In this document: positions 37,001 to 49,674 of the stretch, in pieces
Position numbering within the stretch: the stretch's first letter is position 1
How the letters are laid out: every line of letters begins with the position of its first letter
Source of the DNA: Enoplolaimus lenunculus
Lineage: Eukaryota
Reading direction: 5' to 3'
DNA: 64,000 nucleotides
Assembly: GCA_030248215.1 (NCBI GenBank)
Contig: JASANG010000611.1
Coordinates: forward strand, 434,001-498,000
Program-made: the position numbers and the translations under genes
The notes under the pieces: generated by a model
What the model was told of the DNA's origin: nothing
Database searches by the model: none
The model's input: the letters and a program-made list of their open reading frames with translations, nothing else

Positions 37001-40000
37001 GTACTTTTTTTCATAGGTAACGCTTTTGTTAATTACACTGTGTTTAATGCTCATCCCTTTTAATTTGAATTTTGAATTATATTTATTTTGTCATCATTTT
37101 TAAATTTCCAATTTTTCAAACTAAATTTATGTACATTTAAGAACATGCGTATTTTGTCTTAGTATACAATTTTCATATAACGGAGAATTCTCGAGAGTTT
37201 AAAAGTATTTTTTCTGAGAAAAGTACTGTTATAACTAAATTGAAACATCACGGTGATTTTCGAATGAGATTTTAAGCATGCAACCTGACCGTAAAGTTGT
37301 TTATATCTAGGCAGCGCAACGGACACAAATTCTGTATCCGTGAAACCGGATCGTGGCAGTTTGGTTGTAACGCCAGGTACTAAGTCCAGTTTGTCAGTTT
37401 GTTTGTTTTGGTGTACATTTTATTGTATATTCTGTTTTGAATGACAGTGTGTGATTTAGTATGCATGAGTATTATGAACACGTCTTTGGAATCTCTTTAG
37501 GCGAAAATTTCATTTGAGGAAAGAAATCCGGTTTGGCCGTTTGACAGAATTCTTAATTGTAACCATCTGAGAATAAAATGTTGGCGATAAATATATATAC
37601 CAACGGTTCTTTTTCGTTTCTGTCCTCATATTCCCATGACGACATGTTACCGGGGTTCTCTAGTGGACAAAAGGTACTCTCATTTGAGCTCCTTCCCAGC
37701 AGCCCAGGGCCACTGGTATACGTCCTCTGGTAAAACCAAAGACGATCTGGGGTTTCCTTTGTATCATCGAGAGGGCCCAACCTACATCTGAGCTCAGCTC
37801 ACGCTGACCTTCCACTGTTGACCTTTCCTTTTTTCAAATTTTTAAAATATAATTTACACAAATTGTAACGTCGCACCTAAATATTGTAACTCGAGGATTG
37901 GCACCTACAGGGCACGGCATACTTTTACGTCTACCTGTGCCAGATACGTACCTGCCGAGATCGCAAGGCGAAAGATTGCTTATGCCAAAGCACTTACTCT
38001 CTAGCAGTCTACAAAGAGCGCAGTTGTTCTACACTTATACTTTTCATATTTCAGGTCGTCGAACAAATGTTGCATCTACAAGTAACAAGCAATTACCGCC
38101 ACGTGTTAAGGGAATCGGTCGGAGGCCAATTTTGAAAAAAATTCCTCCGTCGCTGCGTAATCGAACAGTGAAAAAGTGTGTGATATCGTCAACGCAAAAG
38201 AAATCAAAACGTATGTGTTGTGTTTACTAGTAGTGTTGTTATGACTTCTTGGATGTTAGAAAGCGGAATGAATGAAAAAGTTGTTTCGGGAAATACAGAC
38301 TTCTTAGGTTAAAACCAACCAGGTGGACGCAGATATCATATTTACAGACAACAGACTGATTAAGATACGTACGTTTAGAAGCATGATGAATACAGGAAAA
38401 GTTATTGCTGTTTACTGGATGGCTAGGAAAAACCATATGACGGCAAGGTGTGTTTTAGTTCTGGGGAAACTGGTTGATCTTTACTTTAAGTAAACATGAA
38501 ATTTTAACATCTATCATGCGTTTAGATGTTAAGTCGTTTATCAAAATACAGGTTCACAAAATTTTTGTACTCATCCAAAAATTAAATATCATAGCTAACA
38601 CAGCTATGTTTCTCAAAATGCCAACGTCAGTAGTGACTTAGAGTTACATCGCGTAATACAACATGAAATTATCCTTGTTCGTTGTTTACCCTAGAAAAAG
38701 CAACGTGCATTTTCTGATAGCGAAAGGTGATATTTTTAGCAAATATGAACGTATAACTTCAATAATTATGTTGAGATGTTACACTATTAATTTATCGAAA
38801 CACAGCGTTTACTTTTCATGGACTCATTTTGTTTAGCGAAACGCGGCTTTGTTCAAACCGAGCAATAAAGTTTTAATTTCAATCCCAAGCCGGTCCTCGT
38901 TGTTCGTCATGCCTGAACAACTTATTTTTTACCTGAAGCCAGCTATATGTACAAACTTACTTTTGCAGAATTGGTGCAAAAATCGACAGAGCGTCTGAAA
39001 TTAAACGCTGTCAGATCTGCCTTACGAAACGAGGCGAGTCAACACAGAACCATCATTCCTATTAAACAAGGTCGGTACATTACCTTGATACAGTTCTTGA
39101 CTTTGCACCACCAGATGTGTTTAATTATATTACATGGGAAATACATAGTATGTTTTTGGTTGTGGCACAAAATGCTTTTGTTTTGATGCATATTTTTAAT
39201 TTGAAATTAATGTTAATTTTCTAGATTCCATTGGAGTCGAATATGCGGCAGCTTTTCATGGCAACACAGCAGCAAAAAGCCGAACAAACAAAATCGGGAA
39301 AGGTAACAGAAATACGTGGCATTGCTTTTATTCTGCTGACGTTGATTAGCAGTTTAAGTTTTCTGCAATTTCATGTAGACAAAGGGTAAATGTTTGGATA
39401 GTTCTTCGCAGCGCCACAGACAGTCTCTCTTTCAATCATTATATTCCAGCGTGACCGAATTCACGTTGGGTTCGTTTTAGAAGCCTTTGTTACTTTTAGC
39501 TGATATATGTTCTTTGTGTACCATTGAAGGGCGGTCTTGGTATCAGCAAGATTTGGCTGGCCTTGGTCTCTGTTGTTAGTTTCTATATTCTTTACACCGA
39601 GACTAAAACTCAAAACCTAGGTTTTTACGGTCTCGGTTTTAACCACGGCCACCCATCCCTGACGTGGACATAGTGCATTGGCACAAACCAAGCGCAACAA
39701 AAAAGTGACCTCTATTAAATATGATATACCAATGCTCGTCACATTACCTTTGTTATATTATTGAGCGAAGCGAAACTTCGTCCGAAGCTCGAAGTTTTGC
39801 GAACCCTTTTGTTTTTTGTATTTCAGGGGTCAAGAGGCTTATGTCCGTTTGTCTCTTCGACGAGAATCTCAGCAAACGTTGAAGGACTTTTTACATTGTT
39901 TCGCTAATTGTTAGGATTACAAGCGATCTAATTTTAACACTAAAGATGTTTTGGCAGAAACCGAAATTTCTGACCCTGTTTAATATCCGGCAAAAAACCG

Positions 40001-42613
40001 ATATCCGTAGTCGATATCCGGTATAAACTGCCGGACACCAGATATGTACGGTAGTGGTTCAAAATTTCATTAAACAAGCTAACAGTTATTTCTGATTCAA
40101 CGAAAATATTTCTTTGCTCGAGGTAAATTGTTGAAACTCCTCAAATTTAGATTATATGCTCGGTTGATACTGGGTCCTGTTCCGGTAAAAAAGTCACTAT
40201 CCGATTGCGGTATCCAGTTAATTAATATCCGATCGCACCATCCTACACAACCTGTATGGTTGAAAAATTGGGTACTAACTAATTAGCATATTTTAATCTG
40301 AATTAATTGTTATAAACCTCCATAATAGATGAATGAATAATTTAGCTACTAACTAATAAGAATTACCTATGCTAACTGTGACAGTTGAGTTAGGTATTGT
40401 TATTATTATTATTATTATTATTTTATTATTATTATTATTATTATTCTAATCGTTTGTGCGCTGTTGAATTCCGATTCAAAACGAGTTCCGATTCCGATTA
40501 ATTTTGAAATTTTAATCTTGCTTTTTATGCGTTGCATGAAAACTCTGTATTATTTATCGAATTGCTTTCGATCCATTAACTTATCAATAATTATTGATTG
40601 TAGATTAGCTTTACGGAACCAAAAATCATCGCCAATTTGTTCATGCGACCTGTTTGAAAATTGTTGCCAGCCAACAGACACCCTAAATGAACATTTATAT
40701 TTGTCAATACAAATTATTCATAGTCATAAAATGTCTAGTTTCGATCCCAAGCACGATTCCGGTATATGTACTGTTCCGATTCCATTGTAATCCAGTTCCG
40801 TTTTGCACCCTGGTGACGACACTATGTTCCGTAGAGCTTCTGAATGGGAAACACTTAAATGTATCACTGAAAATTTAAATATTTACCAATTAGTTGAATA
40901 CTCACTGATTAGCATATTAACTATACCCATTATTGCCTTAGAGCTTATTGGCAGTTTAGTAGGTCCGAGCTTCGATCAATACATGTACCACTACGAATAG
41001 TGCAATATTTTTTCATATTATTGCTGTTTAATTTGTTTTTGCAGATAATCTTGAAGATAAAATGAACTCGAACGCCGAAAGTTTTCGCCAGTTTCGATCC
41101 AGTAAGTTATGAAAGTAATCTGATGCTGTATTGTTGCGAATGCTTACTTTACTTGCATCAACTAATAGCTTGTGATTGAAGACGCCAGTTGGACTTAGTA
41201 TTGAATGTTTTGTAAAATTGCGTTAAATTTTGATGTTTGGCGCGTCTCCGGACAAAACACCCCATGTGAAAGAGTGGCCGTAATGCATGCTATAAACATA
41301 TTAATACACCAGAGATGGGTGGTCTCGGTTTCGGCAAGTCTCGGAATTTGGCTGGTCTCGGTCTCGCTTTTTTCAGTCTCGGTGGTTTGCAAATCGAGAC
41401 CAAAGAAGTGAAAAAGCACTATGCAATCGCTAAAAAACAGCGAACGATTGTAGAGCGCCGCTTCCTTGTTATACCGCGATTTGAAAAACAGACGAAAATT
41501 CTATTTTTGAAAGGAAACCCAAAACACTTTGATTGTATTGTGTGGCAAAGCACAAATAGGTACATTGTCTCGTTTAAAACATTTAAGGCATCGTGTAAAA
41601 AATATAGGTCATCCGCATTTATAACGTCTACGCTTTGTTAAAAATTCTCCAGTCTACTCGGGTTGCCCGGGACCAAAAACAACACTATATGTTTGAATTA
41701 GGGTTGTACCGAGGTTGCTTTGAGACAGTTTAATTTGGCCCGAGTCTGTTCGAAGGATATGGGGACAGTAGCCAAGTGAAAATAAAGTAAAAAATAAAGT
41801 TTGGCGGAGATATATTAGTTAAATTGTATCAAACGGCAATTCAGGGCAGATAAAAGTATTCAAAATTTTTGTTAAAAAACTTAATTTATTTTCCGTAATG
41901 GATACAAATTGACCGAGACCGAGACCAAAAGTCTGGGTCTCTTTAGTTTGGGTCTCGATCTCGCTTTTTTGTCTGAGACCGCCCATCCCTGTAATATAGT
42001 TTATTAAGTATATAAAATGTTCAGGGTGCAAAGCTGAAGTGGATTGTACCAGAATCGGAATCGAAAGAGCAAATTTATATCGGAATCCGAACTATACATT
42101 TTGTGACTGTACAGATTTACAATAATATAACATTGATTTATAGTGTCCATTGGCTGACAATTTGTAAAACGTCACATTAACAAATTGGTGATGACTTTTG
42201 GTTCTGTAAATTAAACTACAATCAACTATTGATAAGTATTCTCATCAAAAGCATTAGTAAATAATACAGAATTTTTATGCAACGGATGACAACAAGTAGG
42301 ATTAAATTTAAATTAAAATTTCAAAATTCCGACCGACTGTGCAATTGGAATCGGAATCGGAACTTGTTGTGAATCGGAATTGTAATGGGAATCGAAATTC
42401 CGGTTGCACGCTGAAATTGTTAAAGATTGTTAAGAGATAATACCTTAGCTTTGATGTCATTATTTGTGTCACAGAACCCCAACAATCAGATGCGGAATCT
42501 AGTGATTCGTCAACGTCGTCGCGTCGTCCACCGTATTTGCATAATCGCAAGAAACGCTCTCGTCGGACAGCGACATCCACAGCTAAATGGGCGAAAGACA
42601 GAAGTGAAGGCGG

Positions 42614-42644
<31 letters not shown>

Positions 42645-44131
42645 GATAATTCAGATGAAATTGGTTCAGCAGGAGTGATAGGAAATCCTGGTTGCAGTAC
42701 ATTTTTTACTCGTGGCTACACAACTCAGATTTCTGCTAGTAGTGCCGAGCAGCCAGTAGGATCACCTGCCTATAATGGGACACGAAAGACACGAAGCTCG
42801 GATGTTAGAGGTGAGCGGTTAAAGCACAGTTCAAAATCGCTTTGGATCGCATCAAAATGTTCACAGATTTTTTTGACAGAAATTCATATTCATAAAGGGG
42901 TAGTATCAATATGGTAAAGCATTGAATAAAATTAAGTTGTAAGTTTTGTTTTAGTAGATTGATGGTAGTAAATCTGAGAGTAAGTATATCCGACAATAGC
43001 TGAACAAAGGTTTTATGATAATGTGAGCTGCTTTCGTAACATTTCAAAGGCTGTTCGATTATTTTGCTTCCTATCTTTCAAAAGGTTTTTTCTTATTCAG
43101 AACAAGAAACGTTTGACGATGAAGCGCTTGGACTTCAGCCGTTTGATTTGGTGTGGGCGAAAGTCAAAGGCTGCAGCTGGTACCCGGCATTGGTGGGTTT
43201 TATGACCTATTGCTTAACTGGGTTTTTATTTCTATCAGCTTGCTGACGCATGAACTACTGCAGTAAGATTATCAAAGTTCTTATTTAAAGTACATATAGC
43301 AATGTGGGCCAGATTTAGTACTGACAAATTTTCATAATAATTTTTGATTACTGCGGTAAAACACTTGTAGCATAGTACTGCCCAAACATGGTGGTTTCAA
43401 CTGTATAGTTTTTGCTGCGATAACTACTTTACTATTTTCAGATAATTGATCCTGATATGCCGCGCACGGGACTTCTGGTGAATAATGTGCCAATTCCAGG
43501 ACCGCCTCCTTCAGTTTTGGAACATCAGAAAAAACGAAAATTCGATACTCCACCATATTTGGTGTTGTTTTTTGACGGGAAGCGCAACTGGTAGAAAACT
43601 TATTGTTAACTTTAGTATGCAATTTTTTAGAATTACCATAATAGCATTTACTTAAGTACTTTCCGGTAGCTGATTTACTACTCATTTTATGTAGAGTCTA
43701 GCAAATTCCGCCAGAAAACACCCAACCGGCCGAACTCCGGTTTGATTTATATGACAATATTCAACCTCAAAATTAGTTTAAGTTTTGTTTCTAAGCTCAG
43801 TTGCATTAAATAAACGTTTAACCACCAGAAATCAAGAACTTTGTAAATTGAGGTATGAAGATCAGTTCCGGATAAAGTGATTTCTATTTGTAGGGGTTGG
43901 GTTGAACGCAGTTCTATGGAACCTTTTGGCGTGGACGAAACAATTGACGAAGAAAAATTGGATTTTCCCAAACAGAATACCGAACGGAGACGCGTGCGAC
44001 GCGGTTATTTTCTGTGCATGCTCCATAGGTATAAACTTAATAATGCAGTTGGTGAAAACGTGCTACAATTACCGCGGTTATATTGGTGTGCAAATCAGAC
44101 ATGTAGTGGCAATTCAATAATTTGTAATTAA
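28049..44131 (+). CDS. BRPF1: BRPF/peregrin (Br140/lin-49-like) MOZ/HBO1 acetyltransferase scaffold: C2H2, EPC-I, PHD-Zn knuckle-PHD, EPC-II, bromodomain, PWWP; ~1174 aa, 22 exons
   Basis: Exons: 28049-28280, 28470-28630, 30988-31057, 31284-31435, 31712-31990, 32373-32845, 33132-33245, 33603-33753, 35039-35167, 35460-35588, 36090-36278, 36570-36693 (or 36702), 36900-36947, 37311-37376, 38055-38210, 38969-39070, 39225-39302, 41045-41101, 42475-42810, 43101-43192, 43442-43590, 43894-44131. Motifs: [119 protein letters not shown]. Linker exons 12-19 are less certain. Confidence 0.95.
28728..28825. repeat. 28-bp tandem repeat, ~3.5 copies
   Basis: Unit AAATTCCGGGTCCCGGATAAGCTTTCAG. Confidence 0.9.
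30044..30781. mobile_element. MITE with perfect 16-bp TIRs and GC-rich subterminal regions, in BRPF intron 2
   Basis: CTGGCTTCTCCACAGC at 30044-30059 and GCTGTGGAGAAGCCAG at 30766-30781, in a TA-rich target. Superfamily unclear. Confidence 0.8.
33762..34889 (+). mobile_element. DINE-1/HINE-like element with 5 central tandem repeat units
   Basis: 5' TTGAGCGAAG, perfect 12-bp stem GAAACTCCGAGC-GAA-GCTCGGAGTTTC, (GTCC/GTCT)n, core, repeat units marked by GCGAG at 34093/34267/34422/34597/34752, 3' CTTCGCCCAA and GTAGTCCCACTAC hairpin. Confidence 0.85.
35543..36013 (+). repeat. 157-bp tandem triplication spanning the exon 10 / intron 10 boundary of BRPF
   Basis: CAAAGATACGTCGAATG... starts at 35543, 35700 and 35857. 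Each copy contains CTGAG|GTT. Confidence 0.95.
39761..41001 (+). mobile_element. Old DINE-1/HINE-like copy with nested insertions
   Basis: 5' TTGAGCGAAGCGAAACTTCG...CGAAGTTT and 3' GAGCTTCGATCAATACATGTACCACTACG. Interrupted by a GATATCCG-type element (~39960-40240), (ATT)n and a hAT-like MITE (~40466-40812). Confidence 0.65.
40395..40445. repeat. (ATT)n microsatellite
   Basis: TATTATTATT run, slightly interrupted. Confidence 0.95.
41310..41991. mobile_element. hAT-like MITE (CAGGGATGGG TIR, GGTCTC subrepeats)
   Basis: CAGAGATGGGTGGTCTC ... GAGACCGCCCATCCCTG. Flanks TAATACAC / TAATATAG (6/8). A short relative lies at ~39526-39660. Confidence 0.75.
42022..42413. mobile_element. hAT-like MITE (CAGGGTGCAA TIR, GGAATC subrepeats)
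   Basis: CAGGGTGCAA ... TTGCACGCTG. TSD AAAATGTT / AAATTGTT (7/8). Inverted homolog at ~40466-40812. Confidence 0.8.
42615..42641 (+). repeat. Coding (GAT)9 microsatellite encoding poly-Asp in BRPF exon 19
   Basis: GGT (GAT)9 GAA GAT translates to [12 protein letters not shown]. Confidence 0.95.
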
Positions 44132-44708
44132 TCGTATCAAACATTATCCCCTGTTTTAACACTTTTGGCGTTTCAAACGGTATCTTTCAGAACACATTTT
44201 GGATAGCGGAGGAACTCTAGAACGAATCGTTGCGTATCAAAACGGAAACTAATGTTTATTTGGGAAACATGCTAACATTGTGCATACGTTTTGTTTGTTT
44301 GCTTAAAGGTTTAAAGTGGATGGCACACCAATTCCACCTGGACTTCGTGAAGAGTTTTCGGATATCGAAGATTCTGATTTGGATTAATGAACAGTTCTGT
44401 TTTTTGCGAATTTGAGTAATTGTCAAGTACCGCAGCGGGCTTCACGGTGTTTTGGCATATAAAACGATTACTAATATTATAGTTTAAATTGCAATTTGTT
44501 TGCTTTTAACGTTCTCGCTGTTACATGAAACCCTTTGTAGGACTGTTTTTGACTCTGATTACCGTTACGTTAGGCCATTACATTTGGCTTAGGTTTCATC
44601 GGTGTTCGTTGTGCAATTTTTGAACTTATTCAATAAGATAGCCGTCGAAACACATTTGGAGACATCTTTGGTGTTGTGTTTTGTTCTTCAAATTTTATTC
44701 GCATTTTT

Positions 44709-44714
44709 AATAAA
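44709..44714 (+). promoter_or_regulatory. Candidate BRPF polyadenylation signal AATAAA
   Basis: AATAAA ~580 nt after the stop codon. A second copy lies ~40 nt downstream, just before a repeat block. Confidence 0.45.
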
Positions 44715-44849
44715 GATTTCGTAACAGGCATTTACCGTGTTCTGCTAAAATAAAGTGTAGTAGTGATGAGCATCACATTTTTTCATATCCGGTTATCCGG
44801 CAATTCTTACCGGATATTTATCCGGCTATCCGAAATTACATTTTCCATT

Positions 44850-45440
44850 TCGGATATCCGAAACTCGATATTGTGATTTTTGGGTTCCCGAATCTCAATT
44901 TTTGTTTTTTAAGCATTTGTTTTAACTTGTTCTAAAACAAATGCCCTGACCCACAAGCTGATTGTTATGAGCGTAAAACATACAATTCATAAAATAGTTA
45001 TTTATTTTATGCATCTGCTTCAATAGTGCTGGGTATTCGGTTTAAAAAACTTACTATTGACTATTAAATACTACTTGTTTTGGCCATTTGAAATTCAGTT
45101 GATTTGGTTTGTCTCCGTATAATTTAAACCAATGCCACAATTTATCCGGAAATCCGAAATTAAATTTTTTATTTCGGACATCCGAAATTAAATGTTCTAT
45201 TTCGGATATCCGAAACTCGATTTTCTGTTTTTTGGGGGTTTCCGAAGACTCACAAGCTGATTGTTATGTGCGTAAGTAAAACACAATTATTCTAAAAATA
45301 GTTTATTTTATACATCTGCTTCAATAGTGCTGGGTATTCGGTTTAAAAAATTGCTACCGGCTATTAAATTATTGCTTTCGCCATTTGAAATTGAGTTGAG
45401 TTGGTTTGTCTCCGTATAATTTAAACAAAGCATTGCCACA
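44850..45440. repeat. ~351-bp direct duplication within a TATCCG-subrepeat element
   Basis: ATATCCGAAACTCGAT...CATCTGCTTCAATAGTGCTGGGTATTCGGTTTAAAAAA...GTCTCCGTATAATTTAAAC occurs twice. Confidence 0.8.
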
Positions 45441-45880
45441 GAGATTCTGTCGAATCTCACCCTTCCCTCTAAACTATATACATACGAGACAACCGGAGGT
45501 CTGCCTCCGTCACCGACTCTGTCAGAAACTCGGCCTCTGTTCCGGTTCCGGTAAAATTTTTGCCGTAGGTTGAAGCTGTTTCGATAGTAAAATTTTGCAA
45601 ACTTGATCTGTTTAGCGCGTTTCGTTTTACTTTTGTCACAATTTTCAGGAAAATTTCCGAAATTTCGCAGAAAATTAGCGTAGAAGAAAGAACCACATTG
45701 GAATATACCTACGCTAAATTGTATAAATATAAGCCCATGTTACTTTTAGTGATGCCGCGCTTTCAGCGGCGAATTCCGAAATTTCTGACAAGGGCAGGCT
45801 GGTAAACTTTTCGAAACGCAACTTTTCACCAAAAAACTATCAGAGGGAAAAATTGTAAGGTAGGGACCTCATCATTTTTT

Positions 45881-46020
45881 GGCCCATATATAGAACAGGG
45901 CCAGATCGTTTTCCGGAGGGGCTGTAATAGAGTCAGTTTAAGCTTAAGACTAAATTTTTTCCTTAGGCTTAGGAATAGGCTCATCCTTACTCTTAGGTTT
46001 AGACTTAGGCATAGGCTTAG
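45881..46020. mobile_element. Truncated TTAGGC-carrying MITE
   Basis: GGCCCATATATAGAACAGG TIR followed by the same interior as the 8129 copy and TTAGGC tracts. Cut off by a family D element. Confidence 0.8.
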
Positions 46021-46145
46021 CAGACTACAACCAAAGGTCTGCCTCCAGCAGAAAATCGGACTCCGGCTCCGGTAGAATTTTTGCTGGAGGATCCCACAAT
46101 TTCGGTAGTAAAATTTTGCATAACTTTGCAAAATTATCTATTTAG

Positions 46146-46531
46146 CAGGGTGTAACAAGTAGTAAAAATAACGGAACCGGAAACGGATAGTGTTCGAAAT
46201 GACGGAAACGGAAAACGGATATTGAGGTATATAAATTTTCCAATAGGTTTAATTTTTCTGCTATTAACACAATTGAGACGTGCGAATGTTCACCAGGCTT
46301 TCAAAATTTTTGAAGAAAAAATGGCAGATGCATCGAAATTTTTAAGATTATGGATTAATATCGTAAGTTTTGTTTCAGTTCGGACAATTGTAGGACATCT
46401 GTAATGCAAAATTGCGAGAAATTTATGTAATTGAACGTAAAAACAAACGAATTTCCGGTATTTCGATAACGGAAATGGAATCGGAAACGGATGCCGATTT
46501 GTACCGGTAACGGATATCCGGTTACACCCTG
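46146..46531. mobile_element. hAT-like MITE nested in a family D element
   Basis: TIRs CAGGGTGTAAC / GTTACACCCTG with ACGGAA subrepeats. Host sequence resumes on both sides; TSD unclear. Confidence 0.7.
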
Positions 46532-47961
46532 CACTTTTTAACGCGTTTCATTTTACTTTTGTCACAATTTTCAGGAAAGAGTTTCTGAAACTTCGCAGAA
46601 GATTAGCGTAAAATCAAATAGCTTAACAACATATTTCAGATATTGGTTAAAATTAACTAATTCACTGTCACAGTGCAGCCGGAGGTAAAAAATACCGGAG
46701 CCATAGGTCAACGAAAATGCCGGAGCCGGATTCGGAGGTGAGGCGAAATAAAGTAGCAAAAATCATGGTTAATTAGTTAATTTTAACCAATATCTGCAAT
46801 ATGTTGTTAGTTGTTGGCTTTTACGCTCTTTGCCACAACCTCCGGTAAAAATTCTACCGGAGCAGAAGCCGGAGCCGGAGTCCTATTTTCTACCGGAGCC
46901 GGAGGCAGACCTCCGGTTGTACACTGATAACTATCATTTTTACTACCTAATTTTGCCTCACCTCCGACACCGGCAAGTATCGTTTACGTCCAGCTAAGGC
47001 GCCGGCTCCATACTGAGAATGTGTTTTTATAGGGGCAGTTTTTTTTCGCGGGGGGAGGAGGTTTCAGCCCCCTACAGAGAATGTGTTGCAGTACGGGCAC
47101 TTTTTACTTTTCTCGGAAAAGGGTTGCAGCACCCCTGACCCCAGTTTCAAGGGACGCTGAGGCTGAGCAGGATAAGTAGTATTCCAAGAATGAATTGCTT
47201 AGTGTGGGGGATTTGGGGGCCACAGCCCCTCATCCTGCTTAGGGTCCCTTGAACTTACGGGGGATCATGGGAGCGCAGCGCCCTGAGACAGGGTTGGAAC
47301 TGGCCCTGGCCAAGGCCCGGCGGGCCCGGGGCGGGGCACCCACATTTTGGGTCCTCGGGTCTAAGCCAGCCGAACCCGGGCCACCAGCCGAAATAAGTCG
47401 CAGCAGTTTCGATGCCAGAGCCTAAGCTTAATAGTGTTTAAAATTCTTATTGGCCGTGTAGCTTGTATACACACTGTTAACATGAGAACATTTTCAAATC
47501 AAGCTTGATTCTCTTTGCTTTTGGTGCGATATATGGATTGGCCGAACTTCTGCAATTGGCTCCGAGACTGATTTCATGGAAATGGTGACATCAAAAAATC
47601 ATTAAACGTTATCTTCAGGTTCAATCAAGAACCGCGGTAATGTATAATTAATCGGTGACTCATTGCGACCACTCACAGTTTGTTGGTAAAATCAATACAT
47701 TCGGAATTGTAATTGTTAATTTTTATCACTTTATGTCTGAGGTCTCGCCCAAATCCGCCGCTCAGTGCACACACAACAGACGTTCGCAAAACCTGAACGT
47801 TGGTCTAAAATTGTTTTCCTGCTGTTCCGTTGGACGTTTTGCATTCGAACGTTTACATTGTTGTCTAAATTTTGTCACGACAGATTGACATGTATGTCAC
47901 GTACATGATTTGCAAGCACAATACCGTTTGTTTGATGTTTCAGTTTTTCCTTGTTGTGGGC

Positions 47962-48140
47962 CCAGCTGTCCCAATTGTCCCGCTTGTTCCGCTGCCCCAA
48001 GTGTTCCGCTGCCGCAACTATTTCAACTGTCCAGCTGTCCCAACTGTAAAGCTGTCATAACTGTCCCAACTGTCCCGCTGTCCCGACTGTAAAGCTGTCC
48101 TAACTGTCCAAAATGTTCCTCTGTCCCAACTGTTCCGACC
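47962..48140. repeat. 9-bp CTGTCCCAA-type minisatellite
   Basis: Repeated CTGTCCC(A/G)(A/C) units, resuming at ~48538-48580. Confidence 0.85.
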
Positions 48141-49674
48141 AGAGCTGCACGGGAATACTTGTCATATACATTTCAACAGAAATGTTCGGAGCACAATGAT
48201 TTCGTACAGACAAGAACGTTTTGATTCACTGATCATGACCACCCACCGGCAAAAAATTTAGTTTTAACTGGTGATAGGTGTAATGCACACTATCCGGTGT
48301 TAAATTGTTTACTGAATGGTTTGTTTTCAACGTTACTAATGAAGATTTTTTGTAACGCAAATCGAGTGGCTAACATGTGTTCACTGTAAAATTACACAAT
48401 TGTATTGAGCACGGAGAAGAAAATAAGGGCGGGTAAATGCGGGTAGTGGGTGTTGCACGGGTATATACGTGGGTAAAAAATAAAATGTCCGCGGGTAAAG
48501 CACAGCGCGGGTAAAAAATCTTTACCCACTTACGCCTCTGGTCCCGATGTCCCGCTGTCCTAACTGTCCGCACTGTTTCAATTATATTAGTTGTGTGTAC
48601 TCCTGGCACATTGCTCTCCCGGGACAATGGAATGGCATTTAGTGTCACATTGGCCTCCGGTTTTTGACCATGACATATAAAGTGAGGTTTGCAAATATTC
48701 ACCGGGTTTCAAAAATTTTAAAAAAATCGCGGATTCATCGAATTTTTTAAGATTTTAGATGAATTTCGTAATTTTTCTTTCACATCGAACAATTGCAGCA
48801 TATCTGTAATGAAAAATTGCGCTATATTTTGAAGATATATACTCTCTAAAAGCTTAAACTAACTTGATTTAAGTTCAAGTTAATCCAGAAGTGTTAAACT
48901 AACGTGTTTTTAAGTTTAACATGAGTTTAAGTAAACTTAATTTAGTTTAAGTAACAAGTGCAGCAGAAATTATGCGTATCTAGGAGTTCATTAACTTTAG
49001 CTTAAACTGAAAATATGTAAGATTTTAAATGAGTTTAAGCGTAAACCTACCTGTTAGTTTAGTTCATCTAGAAACTTAGTTTACGTAAAACTTAAAATTC
49101 TAGTTGTTAGTTCGTCCAGATATTTAAGTTTTACTTAAACTTATATTCAAGCCTAATTAAGATATAACTTAAATTTAAGTTTTTATTGCGGAGATGTACA
49201 CGCGATTATAACTAATTTTCAGCGTGCAGATAACAGAATTTCCATTATTTCTAGAACGAAAACGGATATTGCTTTTTACCGGACAAAACCCGGCGAGTAT
49301 TTGCAATTAGCATACCTCATTGTGTCTGTCGGCAAAAAATAAAACATGTTTGAAACTCTTATACTTCAGATTCCGTTTCATTTGTGTTTTGATCACTATT
49401 CGTTTCCGTTATTTTTACAATCTATTTACACCATGAAACAATCGCATGCGCTATCAGATGTTGGCATTAACTGTATTACCCGTTTTAAATACTTTCGCTA
49501 TAGTTATAGATTGGTGACAATAAAAGTAATATGGAATTTTATCTGATGACCCAGATGTGAAACTATTTTTCATCGGCAATTCGTTGAAACTCCGCTAGAA
49601 TATATAGATCGAAATTTACTCTAAATTATGTTAAACCAATGATTACTTTTGAATGCATGTTTCCTCATACTGTC

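Noticed and set aside
37520..37830. GC-richer intronic segment, possibly a SINE or ncRNA
   Set aside because: No Pol III A/B boxes, snoRNA boxes or cloverleaf that I could support.
38230..38730. Possible extra BRPF exons (e.g. [11 protein letters not shown] at ~38695-38726)
   Set aside because: Phases do not fit the flanking phase-1 exons, which already join in frame.
47910..48092. Cys/Pro-rich metallothionein-like ORF
   Set aside because: It is a translation of the 9-bp CTGTCCCAA minisatellite, with a non-ATG start.
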